Shown in pieces: positions 17,252 through 27,069 of a stretch of 64,000 nt of DNA (positions within the stretch are counted from its first letter, which is position 1; each line of letters opens with the position of its first letter). Below the pieces are notes generated by a model. That model saw only the letters and a program-made list of their open reading frames with translations, did not search any database and was not told where the DNA came from. A program made the position numbers and the translations under genes. The stretch is taken from NCBI GenBank assembly GCA_018971305.1, contig JAGXBC010000003.1:28325-92324 (forward strand). Direction: 5' to 3'. The DNA is from Patescibacteria group bacterium. Its GTDB lineage: Bacteria > Patescibacteriota > Minisyncoccia > UBA6257 > 2-01-FULL-56-20.

Positions 17252-19067
17252 CGGTAATATCGGTTATAAATCTCCCTGGGAGGAATCTTCGGAAACGTCT
17301 TCGGAGAAATCAAAGATTAGATTGGAGCCGCCCAAGAAACATGGGGAGTGGCACATATTTATTATCGGTGGCATAGTTTTTGTCTTACTAGCCGCCGGCG
17401 CCTATTATTTATATTCTTTAAGCCCCCGGGGCGCGGACGTAGGCATGCGCTTCATTAATCCGAGCCAGGTTTTGCTCGGAGAGCCGTTTACGCTTACGGC
17501 ATCATATTCCAATTATTCTAATTATGTTTTGAAAGATGTTTCTCTGTCTCTCGTTTTGCCGGACGGTGTTTATTTAACGGGACAGTCACAGGATCAAAGG
17601 GTTATTGAACAAACCTTGGGTGATTTGGGTCCGGGTAGCGTAAGCCAGCAAGATTTTAATTTAATAATTACGGATGGAAGCGATAGTGTTAAGAATATTA
17701 CCGCCAAACTTAAATACTCAGCTCCCAATTCCAGTGCCCAATTTGAATACGACGCTCAGGCGGATGTGCTTGTCGGTCAGCCCGCTGTCAGCCTGAACAT
17801 GACGGTGCCCCAAGGAGTTTTTAACGGCCAGGATTTTGATATCAAGATCGGATATAGCAATAACACCAATAAAGATTTTAATAATCTCCGCCTTAAACTT
17901 GATTACCCTCCCATTTTCCAGTTTACGCGAAGCACGACCCAGTCTGACGGCAACGGCAATAATTCCTGGGATTTGGGGACGCTCGCTCCAGGTTCTGCCG
18001 GAACTATCTCGGTTACGGGTAATATTCTTGGTCCGGAAAAAGCATTCGTAAGTTTTAACGCGGGACTTTCTGCCGACTATCTTGGGCAGACATATCAAAT
18101 AAATTCCCAGAGCGCGAACACCTCCATTTCTTCCACTCCGCTTTCATTGTCGGTAAATATGTCCGGAGGCGGGGCGGGGGAAGCAGCAAAACCCGGTGAT
18201 TTCCTTCTTTACACTCTTAATTATCAGAACAATTCCGACGTTGTTATGCAAAATGCGGTAATAACTGCGAATCCAAGCGGTGATATGCTCGATCTTTCAA
18301 CTATCCAGACCCAAGGAAGTTTTAGCTCCTCAAATAATACTGTAACTTGGGCTGGAGCCAATACCCCGCAGCTTTTAAATATTGCCCCGGGCCAATCGGG
18401 TTCAGTGAGCTTCAAAGTAAAAGTTAAGAATGCCTATCCGATACGACTTATAAGTGATAAAAATTATACGCTCAAAGTCGCGGCGCAGATAGGATCTCCG
18501 ACCGTGCCCACGGGCACGAATGCTTCAAAGACAATTGCCCTTGCCAATCTTGAAAGCAAGGTTGTCGGGAACGTAGTATTATCGTCCACGTCTTATTGGC
18601 GCGATGCCGCTTCCGGAATTTTAAATAGCGGTCCGTATCCGCCGCGGGACAATCAGCCTACCGACTATACGGTTCATTGGGATATCATAAATTACGCAAC
18701 AGACGTGACGAACGTAACTGTTTCGGCGTCCTTGCCATATGGTACGCGTCTTACCGGGGCAATAAAGAGCAATATGGATACCGAGCCATCGTACGATGCG
18801 AATTCCGGTGTCGTAACATGGCAGATTCCTTTCCTGCCTGCGACAAAAGGCATTGTTGGCGCTCCGGCAGAAGCCATCTTCCAAATAGAAAATACTCCTT
18901 CTACTAATCAGGTTGGACAGACGATTCAGATTTTGGGGACGACGAATATTCAATGGACGGATTCTTTTACGGGCCAGCAGTTCCAGTCTTCGGCGGTGGC
19001 ATTAGATACCAATTTGCCGTATGATACAACCGTAGCAGGAGTTCAGAATAAAAAAGTCCAGCCATAA
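17238..19067 (+). CDS. Membrane-anchored protein with tandem Ig-like (DUF11-like) domains
   Basis: Single N-terminal TM; repeated Y.N...L...W.LG.L.PG..G motifs; NSGPYPP. Confidence 0.75.
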   Translation: MAKDSGNIGYKSPWEESSETSSEKSKIRLEPPKKHGEWHIFIIGGIVFVLLAAGAYYLYSLSPRGADVGMRFINPSQVLLGEPFTLTASYSNYSNYVLKDVSLSLVLPDGVYLTGQSQDQRVIEQTLGDLGPGSVSQQDFNLIITDGSDSVKNITAKLKYSAPNSSAQFEYDAQADVLVGQPAVSLNMTVPQGVFNGQDFDIKIGYSNNTNKDFNNLRLKLDYPPIFQFTRSTTQSDGNGNNSWDLGTLAPGSAGTISVTGNILGPEKAFVSFNAGLSADYLGQTYQINSQSANTSISSTPLSLSVNMSGGGAGEAAKPGDFLLYTLNYQNNSDVVMQNAVITANPSGDMLDLSTIQTQGSFSSSNNTVTWAGANTPQLLNIAPGQSGSVSFKVKVKNAYPIRLISDKNYTLKVAAQIGSPTVPTGTNASKTIALANLESKVVGNVVLSSTSYWRDAASGILNSGPYPPRDNQPTDYTVHWDIINYATDVTNVTVSASLPYGTRLTGAIKSNMDTEPSYDANSGVVTWQIPFLPATKGIVGAPAEAIFQIENTPSTNQVGQTIQILGTTNIQWTDSFTGQQFQSSAVALDTNLPYDTTVAGVQNKKVQP

Positions 19068-19086
19068 AAAGTAAAATATCAGCAAA

Positions 19087-20460
19087 ATGGATAACTTTAT
19101 GGAGAAAATAGTTTCTTTGGCCAAGCGGCGCGGTTTTGTTTTCCCCGACTCGGAAATTTACGGGGGATTGGCGAATACTTGGGATTTTGGTCCATTAGGC
19201 GTAGAGCTAAAAAACAATATAAAAAATTCCTGGTGGAGCAGATTCGTACATCAGCGCGACGACATTGTCGGGCTTGATGCCGCGCTTATAATGAATCCGA
19301 AAGTTTGGGATGCGAGCGGCCACCTCCGCGGTTTCAAAGACTTTTTAATAGAGTGCAAACATTGCCATGAACGTTTCAAGGTTGAGGACCTTTTGGGGGG
19401 AGGCGGCTGGGAAAAAGAATACGAATTTTTGGAAACGCTTTCGCCGGGCGATCAGGAAAAAAGAGTACGCGACCTTTTTAAGAAATGCCCCAACTGCAGC
19501 ACGGTTGGACAGTTCGCCGTACCGCGAAAATTTAATCTGATGTTCAAAACTTTTTTCGGTCCCGTTTATGACGAAAAATCAACTGTCTATTTCCGACCGG
19601 AAACCGCGCAGGCGATGTTCGTTGATTTTAAAAACATCCTCAATAGTTCAAGAATAAAATTGCCATTCGGCATTGCGCAGATAGGCAAGGCCTTCAGGAA
19701 CGAAATTACTCCGGGCAATTTCATTTTCCGGACGAGAGAATTTGAGCAGATGGAAATAGAATATTTCGTGGAAGAAAAAGATTGGGAAAAACATTTTGAA
19801 TATTGGCGTACGGAGGTGCCGTCCTGGCTTAAAGAGATCGGCATTGATTCCAACAAACTCCACGAATTGGAAGTTCCGGACGGCGAGCGGGCGCATTATT
19901 CCAAGAGGACGATAGATTTTGAATACGACTTTCCCTTCGGTAAAAAAGAGCTTTTCGGCCTGGCCTACAGGACAGATTTTGATTTGAAGAACCACGAGAC
20001 TGCTTCCGGCGAGAATATGAAATATAAAGATGCGGAAACCGGCAAAGAATTCTGGCCCCATGTTATTGAACCGAGTTTGGGCGTGGAGCGTACGTTTTTG
20101 GCGGTTCTCGCGTCGGCCTACAGTGAAGACGGCGACAGGGTCGTGCTGAAATTGCCGCCGGCCATCGCTCCATACAAAGCTGCAGTCTTTCCGCTTCTTG
20201 CCAACAAACCTGAGCTTGTGAAGCTGGCACGGAAAATTTATGAGGATTTAAGAAAGAAATTTTACGTTGCCTGGGACGAGAGGGGAAATATCGGCAAGCG
20301 TTATTACGCGCAGGACGAAATCGGCACGCCGCATTGTATCACCGTGGACTTCGATTCTCTTGAGAAGGGCGACGCGACTGTCCGTGATAGAGATACTGCA
20401 AAACAGGAGAGAATTAAAATAGACAGATTGGAAGAATATATAGGTAGGGGTCTGATATAG
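19087..20460 (+). CDS. glyQS: Glycine--tRNA ligase (homodimeric type)
   Basis: KRRGFVFP.SEIYGG, RPETAQ, FRNEITP, REFEQMEIEYF, VIEPSLG. Confidence 0.96.
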   Translation: MDNFMEKIVSLAKRRGFVFPDSEIYGGLANTWDFGPLGVELKNNIKNSWWSRFVHQRDDIVGLDAALIMNPKVWDASGHLRGFKDFLIECKHCHERFKVEDLLGGGGWEKEYEFLETLSPGDQEKRVRDLFKKCPNCSTVGQFAVPRKFNLMFKTFFGPVYDEKSTVYFRPETAQAMFVDFKNILNSSRIKLPFGIAQIGKAFRNEITPGNFIFRTREFEQMEIEYFVEEKDWEKHFEYWRTEVPSWLKEIGIDSNKLHELEVPDGERAHYSKRTIDFEYDFPFGKKELFGLAYRTDFDLKNHETASGENMKYKDAETGKEFWPHVIEPSLGVERTFLAVLASAYSEDGDRVVLKLPPAIAPYKAAVFPLLANKPELVKLARKIYEDLRKKFYVAWDERGNIGKRYYAQDEIGTPHCITVDFDSLEKGDATVRDRDTAKQERIKIDRLEEYIGRGLI

Positions 20461-20478
20461 TTTGTAATAAAAATATTT

Positions 20479-21738
20479 ATGAAATTCATAATCCGCGGCG
20501 GTAAGCGTCTTGCCGGGACAATTGAGGTTAACGGCGCTAAAAACTCCGTCTTGAAAGCGATGGCCGCTTCGCTTTTGTTTTCCAACCCGATTACCATAAA
20601 AAATACTCCGTTCATTGAAGATGTTTTGCGTATGCGTGAACTTTTGGAAGATTTGGGGGCGAAAGTTGAAGAAGGGGACAGGATGCTTGTAATAGATCCA
20701 ACCAGTGTGCGGGATGGAAAGCTTAATAAGGAGATTGCCGAGCGTTTGCGGGCTTCAATCGTTCTCGCCGGACCGCTTCTCGCGCGCAACGGCTGGGCCG
20801 ATTTTCCCTATCCCGGGGGCTGCGTTATAGGCAAGAGGCCGATAGACATTTTCCTTTCCGGCTGGCAGGCGATGGGGGCGAAAATCATGGACGGCAAGGA
20901 TCATTTTCGTGTAACGGCAAAAAAACTACGCGGTGCTGACTTTGCTTTTCGTGTGGTCTCGGTTACCGGAACCGAAACGATGATGATGACGGCCGCGCTC
21001 GCCTCGGGGAAGACTGTTTTACGGAATGCGGCAATGGAACCGGAAATTCTGTCGCTTGCCGATTTTTTGAACGATTCTGGAGCGAAAATATCAGGTGCCG
21101 GAACGCCGAAGATAGAAATAATTGGGACAGGTGGCAGATTGTTACGCGCCAAGCGTCCTTTTACTGTGATTCCCGATAGAATTGAAGCCGGAAGTTTTCT
21201 GATTCTGGGCGCTGCTATCGGAAAAAAAATAAAAGTTGCCGGATGCGAGCCGGAGCACATGACCGCGATCATTACTGCTCTTCGGGAAGCGAACGTACCG
21301 CTCGAGATCGGTAAGGATTTTATTTCCGTAAGCAAGCCGCGCAATTTAAAGGCAGTGAATGTCCAGACGCGGGAATATCCGGGATTTCCAACTGACCTGC
21401 AGGCGCCATTCGCGGTTTTAATGACGCAGGCGGAAGGCGAGAGCGTTATTTTTGAAACTATTTGGGAGAGCAGGTTCGGTTATGCGGAAAATTTGAAAAG
21501 GATGGGGGCGAATATCTTTTTGGCCGACCAGCACAGGATTTTAATAAAGGGGCCTCATCACCTGCGAGGACGAGAGATAGAAAGTCCCGACTTGCGCGCA
21601 GGTTTGGCTCTTATTGTTGCAGCTCTCCTCGCCAAAGGCGAATCGGTTATAAGCAACATTTACCAAATAGACCGCGGTTACGAGAAGATAGATGAACGGT
21701 TAAGGGAGCTCAGTGCCGAGATTCAAAGGATAAACTAG
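20479..21738 (+). CDS. murA: UDP-N-acetylglucosamine 1-carboxyvinyltransferase
   Basis: GAKNS, RAS...GPLLAR, PGGCVIGKRP, PDRIEAG, PGFPTDLQ, DLRAG, IDRGYE. Confidence 0.96.
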   Translation: MKFIIRGGKRLAGTIEVNGAKNSVLKAMAASLLFSNPITIKNTPFIEDVLRMRELLEDLGAKVEEGDRMLVIDPTSVRDGKLNKEIAERLRASIVLAGPLLARNGWADFPYPGGCVIGKRPIDIFLSGWQAMGAKIMDGKDHFRVTAKKLRGADFAFRVVSVTGTETMMMTAALASGKTVLRNAAMEPEILSLADFLNDSGAKISGAGTPKIEIIGTGGRLLRAKRPFTVIPDRIEAGSFLILGAAIGKKIKVAGCEPEHMTAIITALREANVPLEIGKDFISVSKPRNLKAVNVQTREYPGFPTDLQAPFAVLMTQAEGESVIFETIWESRFGYAENLKRMGANIFLADQHRILIKGPHHLRGREIESPDLRAGLALIVAALLAKGESVISNIYQIDRGYEKIDERLRELSAEIQRIN

Positions 21739-21797
21739 TGCGTTATAAGGCCTATTTTGATTGACTTTACGGCGCGCTTGGCGTTAAATTAAAGCTA

Positions 21798-22805
21798 ATG
21801 TTCACTCGCAAAATAGGCATAGATTTAGGCACGGCCAACACCGTGGTTTTTGTGCCCGGCAAGGGCTTTATCATCAACGAGCCGACTATCGTAGCTCTTA
21901 CAAAACCCGATAACACGGTTTTGGCGGTTGGTTTGGAGGCGAAAGAAATGATAGGCCGGACGCCGGAAGAAATAGTTGCTTACCGTCCGCTTAAAGACGG
22001 GGTCATCGCCGACTACTATATCACGAAAGCGATGCTCACATATTTTATTTCTAAGGCAGTCGGCTGGTTCAATATTATAAAACCAGACGTTGTTATCTCC
22101 GTGCCGGCGGGAATTACTCAGACCGAACGGCGGGCGGTGATGAACGCCGCCAGAGAAGCCGGTGCCGGGAACGCTTTTATTGTGCGCGAACCGGTTTTAG
22201 CCGCGCTTGGAGCAGGCATTCCCATTAACGCCCGTTCGGGAAACATGATAATCAACATCGGCGGCGGTACATCGGAGGTTGCGGTTATAGCTTTAGGAAA
22301 TATAGTTTCCTGGACAAGCCTGCGTATTGCCGGAAATAAATTTGATCAGGCCGTGAGCGATTACGTTAAAAAGAAATACTCCTTGGCTATTGGTGAGCAG
22401 ACGGCCGAAAACGTAAAGATTCAGATTGGTTCGGCCTTGTCCACCAAGGAGAAATTGGAATACCAGCTGCGGGGTCGGGATTTAATAACCGGTCTGCCTA
22501 AAGATATAACAATAAACTCCAACGAGATTGCCGAAGCCCTGAATCCGCATCTTTTGGAAATAGCGAGTTCTATTCAGAATGTTTTTAATGTTACGCCGCC
22601 TGAACTTGTTGCCGACATTATGGAGAAAGGGATAATTCTTTCGGGTGGTAGCGTTCAGCTTCATCACATGCCGGAATTTTTTGAAAGATTTTTGGGCGTG
22701 CAGGCCTACGTTGCCGAGGATCCGCTTTTCTGCGTCGCTCGCGGCACCGGATTAATTCTGAGTCATTTGGATATGTATAAGAGGACGTTATTAAATAAGC
22801 GATAG
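21798..22805 (+). CDS. mreB: Rod shape-determining protein MreB/Mbl
   Basis: GIDLGTANT, PLKDGVIAD, IGGGTSEVA, TPPELVADI. Confidence 0.95.
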   Translation: MFTRKIGIDLGTANTVVFVPGKGFIINEPTIVALTKPDNTVLAVGLEAKEMIGRTPEEIVAYRPLKDGVIADYYITKAMLTYFISKAVGWFNIIKPDVVISVPAGITQTERRAVMNAAREAGAGNAFIVREPVLAALGAGIPINARSGNMIINIGGGTSEVAVIALGNIVSWTSLRIAGNKFDQAVSDYVKKKYSLAIGEQTAENVKIQIGSALSTKEKLEYQLRGRDLITGLPKDITINSNEIAEALNPHLLEIASSIQNVFNVTPPELVADIMEKGIILSGGSVQLHHMPEFFERFLGVQAYVAEDPLFCVARGTGLILSHLDMYKRTLLNKR

Positions 22806-22815
22806 ATTTGTTAAA

Positions 22816-23730
22816 ATGGAAAAGATTCGTTGCGTACTTCACGGAAGTTTCCAAAAACATTTTGCGGAGATTCAGCGCGTCCGGCGGATTTTTGAAGCGG
22901 CAGGTATTGAGGTGCTCGCCCCGGCGGCGTCAGAGATTGCGCGTTTTGAAAACGGTTTTGCCGTTTTGGAATCAGACATGGCAGTCGACCAGCGACTCAT
23001 AGAATTGCGCTATCTCCATAATCTAAATAAACTTGGTGCGGACGGCTTCAGTTATTTTGTGAACCCCGAAGGATATATCGGGAAAAGCGTTTCGTATGAA
23101 CTAGGCATTGCCCAAATCTCGAACACGCGCTGTTTTTTTATGGAAAAGCCAAAAGACCATCCGGTTTACATTCATAAAAATTCCGTTTGGCATCCGAAGC
23201 TTTTGGCGGAATATATCGCCGAATACCGAAAATTACCCGACCCGGAGATTCATCCAGACGAAGCCGTGATTCACGCGCTTTGGGAAGAGCTTATCGTGCC
23301 TGGTTCCGTGGTGACAGTAGGCGGCATCATAGAATATGCAGGAACTGCAAAAAAAGAAAAAGAAATCTTGCTCGTGAAGACCCACAAATGGGGCGGAAGA
23401 TATTCAATTATCGGCGGCAAAGTGCGCCGCAGTGAACGATTAGCAGAAGCACTAGTACGCGAAGTAAGGGAAGAAGCCGGGCTTCGCGGCAGCGTGGGCG
23501 ATCATATCGTTACATTCGATCAGATCAAGCACTCCGGCTACTATCTTAAAGAAGTGAGCCACATTTTCGTGGACAATATTGTGCAAGTTTCCAATAAAAA
23601 AGTTGTTTTGAACGAAGAGGCAGAGGAATTTATCTGGATGCCGGCTTGCACCGCGCTCCGTGATTTAGATATAGAGCCGAACGCACGCCATACAATACAG
23701 TTGTACGCTGATATGGGTGCGGTAGGATAA
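22816..23730 (+). CDS. Fusion of an NDT-like N-terminal domain and a NUDIX hydrolase
   Basis: Nudix box GG.V...E....AL.REVREEAGL; N-terminal GS...YIGKSVSYELG.A resembles the nucleoside 2-deoxyribosyltransferase fold. Confidence 0.75.
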   Translation: MEKIRCVLHGSFQKHFAEIQRVRRIFEAAGIEVLAPAASEIARFENGFAVLESDMAVDQRLIELRYLHNLNKLGADGFSYFVNPEGYIGKSVSYELGIAQISNTRCFFMEKPKDHPVYIHKNSVWHPKLLAEYIAEYRKLPDPEIHPDEAVIHALWEELIVPGSVVTVGGIIEYAGTAKKEKEILLVKTHKWGGRYSIIGGKVRRSERLAEALVREVREEAGLRGSVGDHIVTFDQIKHSGYYLKEVSHIFVDNIVQVSNKKVVLNEEAEEFIWMPACTALRDLDIEPNARHTIQLYADMGAVG

Positions 23731-23734
23731 GGTT

Positions 23735-24574
23735 ATGCTCATTGGCCACGAAAAGATTGTTGAAGACTTAAAAAAACTTGCGAGCGGCGGGAAATTGGCG
23801 CACGGCTATATTTTTTTTGGGTTGGCGATGACGGGCAAGCGGACAACCGCTATTCAATTTGCTAATTTTTTGGAGGCGAAAAATGGTCCGGACATTGTCC
23901 TGCAGGATTGCCTGCTTATCGGACCGGACGAAAAGGGGACGCTGGGAATTGATGCCGTGCGCTCGTTGAAGAATTTTCTCTGGCAGAAACCAAACGTAAG
24001 TTCCAAAAGGACAGCCATCCTGGACGGAGCGGAGAATATGACAGGCGAAGCGAGGAATGCTTTATTGAAAATTGCCGAAGAGCCGCCGCCGTCAACGCTC
24101 TTGATTCTGATAACCTCAGATATTGAAAGTATCGGCGAAACTGTTTCTTCCCGTTTGCAAAAAATATATTTTTCTCCCGTGAAGAATAATCTGATATCAG
24201 AATGGCTCTGTGCCGAAATTGGACTGCCGAAAAAAACCGCAGAGGAGTTGGCGGCTCGGTCCGGCGGGCGTCCTGGTTTCGCTTACGACTTGGCCAAGGA
24301 CAAGAAATTTAAGGAGAGCATTGATAATGCCGAAAAATTTCTCAAGTTATCTGCAGATAAGGGTCGGGATTTTATTAAGAAGCTGGTAGAGCCGGATGAT
24401 TTTTCTCTTGTGGACTTCATGGATTTTTTGATATTACTTGCGGCGGAATCAGGAATAAAAAATAAAAAAAGCACCGAGCGTTGGCATAAGCTTTTAAAAT
24501 TGCGGTACGATGCCGCCTATCTCAATTTGAATCCGCGTTTGCAGCTGGAGAATTTACTATATAGCGCAAATTAG
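23735..24574 (+). CDS. holB: DNA polymerase III delta' subunit
   Basis: IGHE, HGYIFFG..MTGK, IDAVR, NALLKIAEEPP, TVSSRL. Confidence 0.85.
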   Translation: MLIGHEKIVEDLKKLASGGKLAHGYIFFGLAMTGKRTTAIQFANFLEAKNGPDIVLQDCLLIGPDEKGTLGIDAVRSLKNFLWQKPNVSSKRTAILDGAENMTGEARNALLKIAEEPPPSTLLILITSDIESIGETVSSRLQKIYFSPVKNNLISEWLCAEIGLPKKTAEELAARSGGRPGFAYDLAKDKKFKESIDNAEKFLKLSADKGRDFIKKLVEPDDFSLVDFMDFLILLAAESGIKNKKSTERWHKLLKLRYDAAYLNLNPRLQLENLLYSAN

Positions 24575-24612
24575 ATTAAGTCACAATTGTGGTATAATCT
24601 CACTGAATCAAT

Positions 24613-25176
24613 ATGCCAACTATTGCCGAACAATATTTAAAAACACTGGAGACTGATCTAAAATCAGTAACGGAAAAATTGCGTGCAGACATGCAGGCCA
24701 TTCGCGGCAATCGGCCGTCGGCGGATCTGATATCCGAAATAAAAGTTAACCTTTATGACCAATGGATGACCGTAAAGCAGTTAGGTTCGCTCTCTGTTAT
24801 ACCGCCGAGGAGTATTCAGGTGAGCGTTTGGGATAAAGACGCCGTAGGCGCCGTGGTTAAGGCGATAGATAACGCGAAAATCGGATTATCTGTCACCAAC
24901 GACGGTAACAATATCATTGCCACGCTTTCACAATTGGGCAACGAGCGGCGCGAGGAATTGATGAAGCTCGTTAAAAAAACTAGCGAGGGACATAGAATCC
25001 AGATCCGCGCCAAGCGCGACGAGGCGATCAAAAAACTGAAAGCTGCCGAAGATGAAAATCAGGCAAACGAAGACGAAGTGTTCAAGACGAAAGAAAGGAT
25101 GCAGAAATTTGTAGACGAGACGAATAAAAAAATTGAGGAAATAGTGGATGCCAAATTAAAAGAACTGGGAGAATAA
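24613..25176 (+). CDS. frr: Ribosome recycling factor
   Basis: IRGNRPS, WDK, ERREEL.K, IR..RD. Confidence 0.92.
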   Translation: MPTIAEQYLKTLETDLKSVTEKLRADMQAIRGNRPSADLISEIKVNLYDQWMTVKQLGSLSVIPPRSIQVSVWDKDAVGAVVKAIDNAKIGLSVTNDGNNIIATLSQLGNERREELMKLVKKTSEGHRIQIRAKRDEAIKKLKAAEDENQANEDEVFKTKERMQKFVDETNKKIEEIVDAKLKELGE

Positions 25177-25182
25177 ATCAAA

Positions 25183-26235
25183 ATGCTCATAGCTATAATA
25201 GTAATCATTGGATTATCAGTTTTAATACTCGGCCACGAAGCCGGTCATTTTATCGTTGCCAAACTATTCGGATTAAAGATAGATGAATTCGGTTTTGGTT
25301 TCCCGCCGAGGATTTTTGCCAAGAAGAAAGGTGAAACAGAATACAGTTTTAATTGGCTGCCGTTCGGGGGGTTCGTAAAAATAGCAGGCGAGAGCGACCC
25401 AGCCCCTTTCACAGAAGGCGAGCCGATAAACACCATTTCCGACGAAGAAAAAAAACGCCTTTTTAATTTTCAGCCGACGTGGAAAAAGTTTCTGATTATT
25501 TTTGCCGGAGTGGCGATTAATTTTGTCTTTGGGTGGGTTCTGATATCAATGGTTTTTGCAATTGGGACGCCGCGCGCTGTTGTCGTAAGCGAAGTGCAAG
25601 CCGGTTCGCCGGCTGCCGAAGCCGGTATTGCGGCAGGAGATATATTGAAGGACTATATCACCACGGATGGCTTTATAAACTTCGTAAACCAGCACCGCGG
25701 TGAAGAAATTCCCATTGTGGTATCAAGGGGCGGCAAAGATATAACTTTTAACGTTATCCCAAGAATTAACGTAGCGCCGAATGAAGGTGCGGTAGGAGTT
25801 GCGATTGTTCAGGCGGGAGCAGGTCGGGAAAATATTTTTAGCGCTTTCTGGGACGGCCTGAAATATTCTTTCGTAATGAGCGGCTTGGTGCTTCAGGCAT
25901 TTTATCAATTGCTCAAGAGCTTGGTTTTGCATGCTTCGCTTCTCCCGGGAGTTGTCGGGCCTGTGGGCATATTTTCCGTCGCCGAGGAGACGGGCAGCAT
26001 CGGGCTTATTTATCTTATCCAGCTCATAAGCGTTATCTCGCTTAATTTGGCCGTTATAAATCTTCTGCCTCTGCCGGCGCTGGATGGCGGCCGCATCTTT
26101 ATGATTCTGCTAGAAAAGATAAAAGGATCGCCGATTTCCAGGAAAACCGAAGCGATTGTCAACAGCTTTGGTTTTGCATTCCTTATAACGTTAATGGTTC
26201 TGCTTACAATAAGGGACGTTAGCCATCTGTTTTAA
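25183..26235 (+). CDS. rseP: Site-2 protease (M50, RseP-like) with PDZ domain
   Basis: HEAGH, GFGFPP, LPFGGFVKI, NLLPLPALDGG. Confidence 0.9.
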   Translation: MLIAIIVIIGLSVLILGHEAGHFIVAKLFGLKIDEFGFGFPPRIFAKKKGETEYSFNWLPFGGFVKIAGESDPAPFTEGEPINTISDEEKKRLFNFQPTWKKFLIIFAGVAINFVFGWVLISMVFAIGTPRAVVVSEVQAGSPAAEAGIAAGDILKDYITTDGFINFVNQHRGEEIPIVVSRGGKDITFNVIPRINVAPNEGAVGVAIVQAGAGRENIFSAFWDGLKYSFVMSGLVLQAFYQLLKSLVLHASLLPGVVGPVGIFSVAEETGSIGLIYLIQLISVISLNLAVINLLPLPALDGGRIFMILLEKIKGSPISRKTEAIVNSFGFAFLITLMVLLTIRDVSHLF

Positions 26236-26265
26236 CTGTCTAATGCGGGAAATTCCAAATAAAAT

Positions 26266-26289
26266 AGCCGCCTCTTGTTGGCGGCTTTT
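26266..26289. terminator. Bidirectional terminator
   Basis: AAAAT AGCCGCC-N7-GGCGGCT TTT between convergent genes. Confidence 0.65.
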
Positions 26290-26306
26290 GAATAGGTGGT
26301 TCTGAT

Positions 26307-26906
26307 TTAGATGCGGCCGTTTGTTGCGGCTGCAGCTGCGGCTTCTATCGCCGGAAAAAGAAAGATGCCTGTTCCCTCGTCACACTCAACGCCGACGAAT
26401 TCACCGGTTGAAGTTGTGTCAGAGGTGCAATCTACGAATTCGGTATTGAAATATCTTCCATATTTTACTCTGAATAAGATTTCCGCGGTAACAAGTTCAA
26501 GGGCGGAAATTATTTGTGTTTCAGGATAATTTTCGGCTACCTCTTTCCCCGTCATCTTTTCTGAATTAGGAAATGGCTGGATATAAATTTGGCTCCAGTC
26601 CGTTCTGTAGGCTTTTTTGGTTGCAAAATCCTGGCTTGCAAACCAAGGATTATTATCCTCGCAATTAATTCTGGGATGCTCGTTGGGCGGAAGCAGTTTG
26701 TGCCATTGGAGTATCGTGAGGTAATCCTTTCCGAACCGTTCAAGTGCCAGAAAAAAGAATTTGACATCCTCAACGGTTTTACCAGGGAAGATAGGGTCAG
26801 CTTCTCTCATGTTGTTCCAGGGAAATATGCCGGCGGCCTTAATATCTTGTTCGTCAAGAACGATTCCGAAATGCTTCTTCCAGTCTAGCTTGTCGAAAAT
26901 ATACAT
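26307..26906 (-). CDS. Hypothetical protein
   Basis: 199-aa ORF with an upstream TTGACA box and its own terminator. Confidence 0.65.
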   Translation of the reverse strand: MYIFDKLDWKKHFGIVLDEQDIKAAGIFPWNNMREADPIFPGKTVEDVKFFFLALERFGKDYLTILQWHKLLPPNEHPRINCEDNNPWFASQDFATKKAYRTDWSQIYIQPFPNSEKMTGKEVAENYPETQIISALELVTAEILFRVKYGRYFNTEFVDCTSDTTSTGEFVGVECDEGTGIFLFPAIEAAAAAATNGRI

Positions 26907-27069
26907 TATTAATCCACCATCCTTTTGTAAAATTCCACCTAAGATAATTATAAAGCACCTGAATCCTTTTCTGTCAAACGGCTTGCGTGTGACAACCAGT
27001 CGCTTGATTTACTGTGTTTTCTTCTGGCCCTTTGCGGATTTTTGGGGAAATTGCTTATAATTACTACTT

